DNA of 30,986 bases from a virus. Its lineage: Duplodnaviria; Caudoviricetes. Shown here one piece after another: positions 7,952 through 14,951 of the stretch. The stretch lies in the IMG/VR virus record IMGVR_UViG_3300032225_000704, positions 1-30,986 of that record, one strand, 5' to 3'. The translations under genes were made by a program, and so were the position numbers. The notes under the pieces are model-generated. The model did not search any database. It worked only from the letters and a program-made list of their open reading frames with translations, and had not been told where the DNA came from. Positions within the stretch are counted from its first letter, which is position 1. Each line of letters starts with the position of its first letter.

Positions 7952-8521
7952 ATGATAACAAAAAATCGTCAACTTGGTGATGTACTAAAAGTAGCATCTT
8001 TTGTAACATCCAACTCAACAATAGTGGCAACAAACATTGCTACGGGTGGTATCTATACATCAGGTGCGATTCACTTTCCTGACGGTTCAATACAATCTAC
8101 TGCTGCAAGTGGTGCAGCAACCGATGCTTTAGCTAGACAAATAGCAAATGCTTCTTTTATACAAGCAAACGCAGCATTTATTCAAGCAAATACTGGATCT
8201 GGTGGTTCTTCTGCTGGTCCATATGCTAATGGTGCTTTTGGTGTTGCTAACTCAGCATCATTATATGCTAATGCCGCTTTTGTAAAAGCTAATTCGTCAT
8301 CATTCGGTGTTGTGTATACTCCAAATAATTCAACATCTATTATTTCATCTAGTGCAAATGATACATTTAACATTATAGGTATCTCAGGTATATCAGTTTC
8401 AGCTAACGCTTCAACCAAAACAATTTCAATTGTTGGCACTCCTGGTGCTCAAGGAATGACTGTTGATTATGGATTTGTTGCGGATCCTTTAAGTTATTCT
8501 ATCGATTACGGAACATTATAA
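7952..8521 (+). CDS. Short stalk/adaptor protein (KNRQL anchor, ANxA heptads, C-terminal DYG...DYGTL)
   Basis: 189 aa. N-terminus MITKNRQL is shared with gene 14279. Contains IHFPDGSIQSTA and ends VDYGFVADPLSYSIDYGTL. GATAAATA at 7923-7930 upstream. Confidence 0.7.
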   Translation: MITKNRQLGDVLKVASFVTSNSTIVATNIATGGIYTSGAIHFPDGSIQSTAASGAATDALARQIANASFIQANAAFIQANTGSGGSSAGPYANGAFGVANSASLYANAAFVKANSSSFGVVYTPNNSTSIISSSANDTFNIIGISGISVSANASTKTISIVGTPGAQGMTVDYGFVADPLSYSIDYGTL

Positions 8522-8524
8522 ATA
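8517..8524 (+). promoter_or_regulatory. T4 late promoter TATAAATA
   Basis: Exact consensus overlapping the upstream stop, 5 nt before ATG 8530. Confidence 0.75.
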
Positions 8525-8529
8525 CTAAT

Positions 8530-11500
8530 ATGTCAACACAAGTCCAATTTCGTAGAGGTACAACAGCACAGACCGCATCATTTACTGGTGTAACGGCTGA
8601 AATTACTGTTGATACCACAAAAAATACAATCGTTGTCCATGATGGATCAACGGCTGGTGGTTTTCCTTTAGCTCGTGAAAGTTCGGTCAATTCAGCATCA
8701 CTATATGCTAATGCAGCTTTCTTGGCGGCCAATTCTGGTTCAGGTAGCTCATCATCAGGACCATATGCTAATGGTGCTTTTGGTGTTGCCAACTCGGCAT
8801 CTGTTTATGCCAATGCAGCCTTCTTAGTTGCTAACTCCGGTTCAGGTGGATCTTCTGCTGGTCCATATGCTAACTCGTCATTTGGTGTTGCTAATTCGGC
8901 AGCTTTGTATGCCAATTCTGCATTTATACAAGCAAATGCAGCCTTTACAATTGCAAATACTGGTGGTGGCGGTGGTTCTTCTGCTGGTCCATATGCTAAT
9001 GGTGCTTTTGGTGTTGCCAACTCAGCAGCTTTATATGCTAATGCAGCCTTTACTCAGGCAAACAACGAACCAAAAGCAGTAACATCAGGCACATATGCTA
9101 ATAGTTCGTATACACAGGCCAATACAGCTACAACAAATGCAGCTACAGCAGATTCAAAGGCAGTAACTGCTGGAACATATGCTAACTCATCATATACACA
9201 GGCTAATACAGCTACAACAAATGCAGCTACGGCTGATTCTAAAGCGGTAAGTGCTGGAACATATGCTAACTCTGCTTACACACAAGCTAATACAGCAACT
9301 ACCAATGCAACAAATGCTGGTGTGTATGCTAATGCAGCCTTCTTAGTTGCTAACTCCGGTTCAGGTAGTTCTTCTGCTGGTCCATATGCTAATGGTGCTT
9401 TTGGTGTTGCTAACTCAGCATCAACTTATGCTAATGCTTCTTTCAGTTATGCCAACTCGGCATATACACAAGCCAATAATGAACCTAAAGCAGTAACTGC
9501 TGGTACATATGCTAACTCGTCATTTGGTGTTGCTAATTCGGCAGCGGTTTATGCCAACGGTGCTTTTGTACAATCGAATTCAGCTTATACTCAAGCAAAT
9601 ACGGCAACTACTAATGCTGCAACAGCAGATTCTAAAGCAGTAACATCAGGCACATATGCTAATAGTTCGTATACACAGGCCAATACAGCTACAACAAATG
9701 CAGCTACAGCAGATTCAAAGGCAGTAACTGCTGGAACATATGCTAACAGTTCTTATACTCAAGCAAATACAGCAACTACTAATGCAACAAATGCTGGTGT
9801 GTATGCTAACGCTTCTTATATACAAGCAAATACAGCAACCACTAATGCTGCGACTGCCGATTCTAAGGCAGTAAGTGCTGGAACTTATGCTAACTCAGCA
9901 TTTACTCAGGCAAATACAGCGACTAGTGCTGGAACTTATGCTAACTCAGCATTTACTCAATCTAATACTGCTACAACTAACGCAGCAACAGCAGATTCTA
10001 AAGCAGTAACTGCTGGTACATATGCAAATAGTTCTTTTGGTGTCGCTAACTCCGCATCAACTTATGCTAATGGTGCTTTCCTACAAGCAAATAACGAACC
10101 AAAAGCAGTCACATCAGGTACGTATGCCAACTCGGCATTTGGTGTTGCCAACTCGGCATCTGTTTATGCCAATGCAGCCTTCTCGGCGGCCAATTCTGGT
10201 TCAGGTAGTTCATCATCAGGACCATACGCAAACGGTGCTTTTATTACGGCTAATTCAGCTTCAACTTATGCTAACGGAGCTTTTGTACAAGCCAATGCGG
10301 CGTTTATTTTAGCTAATACTTTGAGCAGTGGTTCAACAGATACTGTAGCTAGAACTCAGGCAAATTCAGCTTTCACTCAAGCTAATGCAGTATATTCTCA
10401 AGCAAATTCAGTTAATACATTTTCTATTTTTTCATATACACAGGCTAATTCGGCATATACACAGGCAAACTCGGCATATACACAGGCAAATATTGGTTTG
10501 ACGGTAGCATATGGTGCTTTCACTCAGGCAAACTCATCTTACTCAACGATTAATTCTGCTTTCATACAAGCAAATTCTGCATTTACTCAAGCCAATTTAG
10601 ATATCACAAACGTATCAACGACAGCAGGTATCTATGGTTCAAGTTCTTTGGTTCCTGTTATAACCTTGGCAGCAAATGGTCGTGTATCAAATATTACAAC
10701 AGTTTCTGTATCGAGTGGTGGAGGTTCAGCAACACCATTAACATACATTACAGTAAATAAACAATATTATGTAGCATCAGCAGCACAAACTGTTTTTGCA
10801 ATAGATTATACATCTAATGTGATGGTGTTTTTAAATGGTATTGAATTGGATCCAAGTGAATTTACAGGAACAGGTTCATCTGTAACATTAGTAACTCCAA
10901 CAATCTCAGGTGATATCGTAGACTTATATGGTTACAAGTATCTAACATCATCAAGTTATCAATTTAGTATTGGTAATACCACATCAGCCACATCAAATAC
11001 AACTGGTGCCTTGACTGTAAGTGGTGGTGTTGGTATATCAGGTAATTTATATACAGGTAATATTATTCTATCTGGTGCAAACTCCATCATATTTGGTGAT
11101 GGTACAGTAATGTCAACTTCTGGTGGTGGTTCAGCATCAACATATGCTAACGGGGCTTTCATACAGGCAAACGCCGCTTATGCTTTCGCAAATGCTAGTA
11201 GTGGTGCCGGTGCAGCATCAGCAGCCGTGTATGCTAATAGTGCTTTCATTCAAGCAAATGCTGCGTATGCTCAAGCAAATGCTAGTAGTGGTGCTGGTGC
11301 AGCATCAGCAGCCGTTTATGCTAATTCAGCCTTTGTACAAGCCAACGCAGCATACATTCAAGCTAACACACCAACTTATGTTGCTAATGCTTCTTTTATA
11401 CAGGCAAACGCTGCATACAATCAGGCTAATACTGACTTTACAAATATTACAATTACTGCTGGCACATTTGGTAATGCTTCGATTATTCCAGTAATTACAG

Positions 11501-11874
11501 TTGCTGCAAATGGTAGAATTACAGCGGTATCGAATGTTGCATCAAGTGGTGGTACTGGTGGTGGTATATCAGCATCAGGATACTTATCTAACGGTGTAAT
11601 TTTTGCCAATGCCACAGGTTACCTGTCCAATACAAGTAACATATTATTCACTGCATCAAACAATACATTGGTTGTTGCAAATACATTTATTACATCCGGT
11701 TCAAATACAGGTTCAAGTAACAATGGATCATTAGTTGTTTCAGGTGGCGTTGGTGTTTCAAATAGTGTTTATGTTGGTGGTAGAGTTGGTTACGCTTACA
11801 CATCAAATAATAATAGTGCAGTATATACATATTACAATGCAGCAACAAACACTTTAGATACAATTTTTGGTTAA
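8530..11874 (+). CDS. Long fibre protein with Mtd N-terminal-like domain, extensive ANxA heptad coiled coil, C-terminal LDTIFG
   Basis: 1114 aa. MSTQVQFRRGTTAQTASFTGVTAEITVDTTKNTIVVHDGSTAGGFPLA closely resembles the N-terminus of Bordetella phage BPP-1 Mtd. Then ~640 aa dominated by heptads, two G.(Y/F)G..S..PVIT.AANGR modules, a QTVF...VFLNG...GDIV domain, and GGVG and GYLSN modules. Confidence 0.8.
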   Translation: MSTQVQFRRGTTAQTASFTGVTAEITVDTTKNTIVVHDGSTAGGFPLARESSVNSASLYANAAFLAANSGSGSSSSGPYANGAFGVANSASVYANAAFLVANSGSGGSSAGPYANSSFGVANSAALYANSAFIQANAAFTIANTGGGGGSSAGPYANGAFGVANSAALYANAAFTQANNEPKAVTSGTYANSSYTQANTATTNAATADSKAVTAGTYANSSYTQANTATTNAATADSKAVSAGTYANSAYTQANTATTNATNAGVYANAAFLVANSGSGSSSAGPYANGAFGVANSASTYANASFSYANSAYTQANNEPKAVTAGTYANSSFGVANSAAVYANGAFVQSNSAYTQANTATTNAATADSKAVTSGTYANSSYTQANTATTNAATADSKAVTAGTYANSSYTQANTATTNATNAGVYANASYIQANTATTNAATADSKAVSAGTYANSAFTQANTATSAGTYANSAFTQSNTATTNAATADSKAVTAGTYANSSFGVANSASTYANGAFLQANNEPKAVTSGTYANSAFGVANSASVYANAAFSAANSGSGSSSSGPYANGAFITANSASTYANGAFVQANAAFILANTLSSGSTDTVARTQANSAFTQANAVYSQANSVNTFSIFSYTQANSAYTQANSAYTQANIGLTVAYGAFTQANSSYSTINSAFIQANSAFTQANLDITNVSTTAGIYGSSSLVPVITLAANGRVSNITTVSVSSGGGSATPLTYITVNKQYYVASAAQTVFAIDYTSNVMVFLNGIELDPSEFTGTGSSVTLVTPTISGDIVDLYGYKYLTSSSYQFSIGNTTSATSNTTGALTVSGGVGISGNLYTGNIILSGANSIIFGDGTVMSTSGGGSASTYANGAFIQANAAYAFANASSGAGAASAAVYANSAFIQANAAYAQANASSGAGAASAAVYANSAFVQANAAYIQANTPTYVANASFIQANAAYNQANTDFTNITITAGTFGNASIIPVITVAANGRITAVSNVASSGGTGGGISASGYLSNGVIFANATGYLSNTSNILFTASNNTLVVANTFITSGSNTGSSNNGSLVVSGGVGVSNSVYVGGRVGYAYTSNNNSAVYTYYNAATNTLDTIFG
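8689..10599 (+). repeat. Coding tandem repeat array based on 21-nt units with higher-order duplications (e.g. 114-bp exact copy 9073-9186 = 9634-9747)
   Basis: Recurrent tatgctaa(c/t) at multiples of 21 nt. The 63-nt unit YANSSYTQANTATTNAATADSKAVTAGT-type blocks recur. The 114-bp copies were compared by eye. Confidence 0.9.
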
Positions 11875-11884
11875 GGTTTAGATA

Positions 11885-13852
11885 ATGGCAACATATTATT
11901 GGACAAATGGAGCAGGTACTTGGGATTCAGCCAACACATTACATTGGTCTTTAGTTAGTAACAGTTCATCTGGTGGTGATGGTGTTCCCACATATTCTGA
12001 TGATGTTGTTTTTAGTTCAACTGGCGCAGGTACAGTTACACTTGTTGGTACAGTATATTGCCAAAATTTAACTATGACGGGTTGTACTTTTGCTGGCACT
12101 GGCGGACCTTCCATCAAATGCGGCGGAAGTTTTTTGCAAACAGGCGGATCTTTAGGTTCAGGAATTCTTGGTGGATTAACATTTACAGCAAACGTTGCTG
12201 GACTTAATCCAATAACACATACTGGCACTAATATAAGTATGAATGGTTCAGGTAGGTCACACATATTTAGTGCTTCATCGGAAAATAATGGTTGGATACT
12301 TTTATCAAATTGGGCTAATGGTAATCCAGCCGGTGCCATAGGCTTCACCCAAGGTATTATTGATTTAAATTACAAATCACTTAGAGCCTATAACTTCAAC
12401 TCTCAATCATCAAGTCCAAGATTAGTACAAGCTGGCATGGCAAATAATGCTAGTTATCTGGGTATTGTTGGTACACTTTCTCCCGGTACAACAGCCTCAA
12501 TTATTGACTTCACAAATTTTACCACATCTGGAAATGTCAGATTTGATAATGGTCATGCTACATCTTTTATTTCGGCTGGTACCAATCAATGGATTTGGTC
12601 TAATACAAGTATAACAAATTGTATAAATTTAACCGAAAGTTTTGTTGGTATGGCTTATTATGGAGATAAACTTTCAAGTCCCGTAACAATGGGTGTTAGA
12701 GATTATACGAATTCATCCTCATCAAATAGTAATTATTTACTATCTTGTGGTTCCTTCACAGTTTATGGAAACCTTTATTTAAATTCTTTATCAGCTTCAT
12801 ATCCACCAAATCAATATACATCCAGAAATTATATAATGTATGGAGATGGTACATATACACAATCTATTTCAATCATAGGTGATACACAAACTGTAGCAAA
12901 TGCTCTAATAAGAAATATTACTATAGGTGATACGGTTGTACAATATAATACTTATGTTACAATCACAAATGATAATTTTATTACAAATGTTGATACTTAT
13001 TCAGGACTTTCCGGTTATTTAACATTAAATTCAGGAACATTTGATACAGGTAACAATAACGTATATTTAAATTATGTCACAACAGCTGGATCCAGTACAA
13101 CAAAATGGATAAAAATTGGTTCAAAACCATTGTACATAAGAAATCCATCCGGTATTAATTTGGGTGCAGGAAATACAGTTTTTATTAATAATTCATCATC
13201 AAAAATAATTATAACAAGTAATGTAACATCAAACGCAACTTTATATAGTTTATATCCAACAAATTGGCCTACAATTGTAAATGGTATGAGTGCAAATGCA
13301 AACGTTGGTATATACATAAGTTCAAATTCAACTATACAAGATATACAAACAGCAAATACTCCAGCTGTATTTTATTTTGATGGTTCAAAAATACCAAAAT
13401 TCACCAACTTTAATTTAGCTGGTACAGGTTCATCAAATATGGTTTTTCTAAGACCATATACCGGATCATCAAGCTTTACCGTAGACCAAGCGAGCACATT
13501 AAAGGTAAATACGAACTACCTAAATATTGCCAACTCGACAGCATTAGTTAGTGGCCTTGGATGGTATGTTAATACAACGAGTGTCAACGCAGGTAATAAC
13601 ACAGGTTGGTCATTTTTATCTCCACCAGCAATTGCATATGGTTCAAGATTGTACAGTAATGGTGTAATGTTCCTACCTTCTGGTTCGAGTTTTGATGAAA
13701 TCACAAAAGTAATTTCGAGTGTGTCACCAACATTCATGTATTCTAGTGGTTTTGATGAAATTACATTACAAGGTTCGGGTGTATCAAAAAGAGAAACATC
13801 CAATGGAAATATTTTAACAAAAGGCATGGATGAAATTACTGGCATCAGTTAA
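11885..13852 (+). CDS. Putative fibre-tip protein, YW..GTW family, with C-terminal triple (F/M)DEIT domain
   Basis: 655 aa. Begins MATYYWTNGAGTWD...HWS, has NYLNIANSTA...WY...S.N.GNNTGW.F..PP as in gene 6479, then SFDEIT, GFDEIT and GMDEIT. Confidence 0.6.
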   Translation: MATYYWTNGAGTWDSANTLHWSLVSNSSSGGDGVPTYSDDVVFSSTGAGTVTLVGTVYCQNLTMTGCTFAGTGGPSIKCGGSFLQTGGSLGSGILGGLTFTANVAGLNPITHTGTNISMNGSGRSHIFSASSENNGWILLSNWANGNPAGAIGFTQGIIDLNYKSLRAYNFNSQSSSPRLVQAGMANNASYLGIVGTLSPGTTASIIDFTNFTTSGNVRFDNGHATSFISAGTNQWIWSNTSITNCINLTESFVGMAYYGDKLSSPVTMGVRDYTNSSSSNSNYLLSCGSFTVYGNLYLNSLSASYPPNQYTSRNYIMYGDGTYTQSISIIGDTQTVANALIRNITIGDTVVQYNTYVTITNDNFITNVDTYSGLSGYLTLNSGTFDTGNNNVYLNYVTTAGSSTTKWIKIGSKPLYIRNPSGINLGAGNTVFINNSSSKIIITSNVTSNATLYSLYPTNWPTIVNGMSANANVGIYISSNSTIQDIQTANTPAVFYFDGSKIPKFTNFNLAGTGSSNMVFLRPYTGSSSFTVDQASTLKVNTNYLNIANSTALVSGLGWYVNTTSVNAGNNTGWSFLSPPAIAYGSRLYSNGVMFLPSGSSFDEITKVISSVSPTFMYSSGFDEITLQGSGVSKRETSNGNILTKGMDEITGIS

Positions 13853-13872
13853 TGATTAATAAATAGGATACT

Positions 13873-14277
13873 ATGGCAAAATTATTAGACGGAACAAAAA
13901 TTTATGGAAACGTTACTATTGACAGTACTGCTACTGCCAATACGGTTAATGCCAACTCTATATACATAACAACTACTTCTCCTGGTACAAATTATATTGA
14001 TACCACATATTCAAACGCATCTTATAATAATTCCGCTACAGTTAATTTTCCTAACTTTTCTGGAATGATTATCGTAAACAACACAGGAGCTACAGGAGTA
14101 GTTTCTATGTGGTTGTGTGGTGGTGGTTCAGCAACACCCGTAGCAAATAGTGGTGTTTCTGGTGGAACAGGAACAGTTGCATACAATTCAGGTATTACTG
14201 GTTACATATGGACAAACAACACAGGTGGCACAATTACAGCTAGTTTTGCTGCCATACGAACTAGAATAATAGGATAA
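13873..14277 (+). CDS. Short fibre protein with TxIYG anchor and small C-terminal beta domain
   Basis: 134 aa. Begins MAKLLDGTKIYGN like genes 1467 and 5282. AATAAATA at 13858-13865 and AGGA upstream. Confidence 0.6.
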   Translation: MAKLLDGTKIYGNVTIDSTATANTVNANSIYITTTSPGTNYIDTTYSNASYNNSATVNFPNFSGMIIVNNTGATGVVSMWLCGGGSATPVANSGVSGGTGTVAYNSGITGYIWTNNTGGTITASFAAIRTRIIG

Positions 14278-14278
14278 A

Positions 14279-14950
14279 ATGGCATCTAAAAACCGTCAAT
14301 TAGCAAACACGATACAAGTTGTAATACCACAAGTATCAAATACATCTTTGTTGGCTGCTAATGTGCATCTATCAGGTAACATTATTTTTAATGATGGTAC
14401 AACACAATTTACATCAGCAACGCCTGCCAGTACTGGAGCTTTCATACAAGCAAATGCAGCATTCTCATTAGCAAATACCATATCAACTAATTTGGTTGAT
14501 AGTTATGCTAGAGTTGTAGCCAATGCTGCTTTCAATAAAGCTAACACAGCATCAGGTTCAGGTGGAGCATTATCATCAAGAACAGTTGTTTCTGGTACAA
14601 CATCGTCTATAGCAAATAATACAACTTCTAATCTAGATGTCAGCGGTTATAAAAGTTATGTTTTATTAAAAGTACAAACCGACCAGGCCGCATGGGTTAG
14701 AATTTATACGGATGGTGCATCTCGAGCAAACGATTCAACTAGAGTATCTGGTGCCGACCCAATTGCTGGTGCCGGTGTTATTGCAGAAGTTATTACATCA
14801 GGTGCAAATACAATCATTATAACTCCTGGTGTTTATGGTTTCAACAATGAGCCAACAGTAAATACCAATATTGCCATGGCGGTAACAAATTATAGTGGAG
14901 CAACAAATTCTGTCACCGTTACGCTGACTGCTGTACAATTGGAGATTTAA
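14279..14950 (+). CDS. Short stalk/adaptor protein (KNRQL anchor) with ~125-aa C-terminal domain, upstream partner of the protease
   Basis: 223 aa with MASKNRQL, IIFNDGTTQFTSA, ANAAF heptads and the domain GYKSYVLLKVQTDQAAWVRIY...GVIAEVIT...LTAVQLEI. 1-nt gap to the protease gene. Confidence 0.65.
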   Translation: MASKNRQLANTIQVVIPQVSNTSLLAANVHLSGNIIFNDGTTQFTSATPASTGAFIQANAAFSLANTISTNLVDSYARVVANAAFNKANTASGSGGALSSRTVVSGTTSSIANNTTSNLDVSGYKSYVLLKVQTDQAAWVRIYTDGASRANDSTRVSGADPIAGAGVIAEVITSGANTIIITPGVYGFNNEPTVNTNIAMAVTNYSGATNSVTVTLTAVQLEI

Positions 14951-14951
14951 T

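Noticed and set aside
8689-10599. CRISPR array or non-coding repeat array
   Set aside because: Repeats are in-frame multiples of 21 nt inside one long ORF, vary at third codon positions and lack unique spacers.
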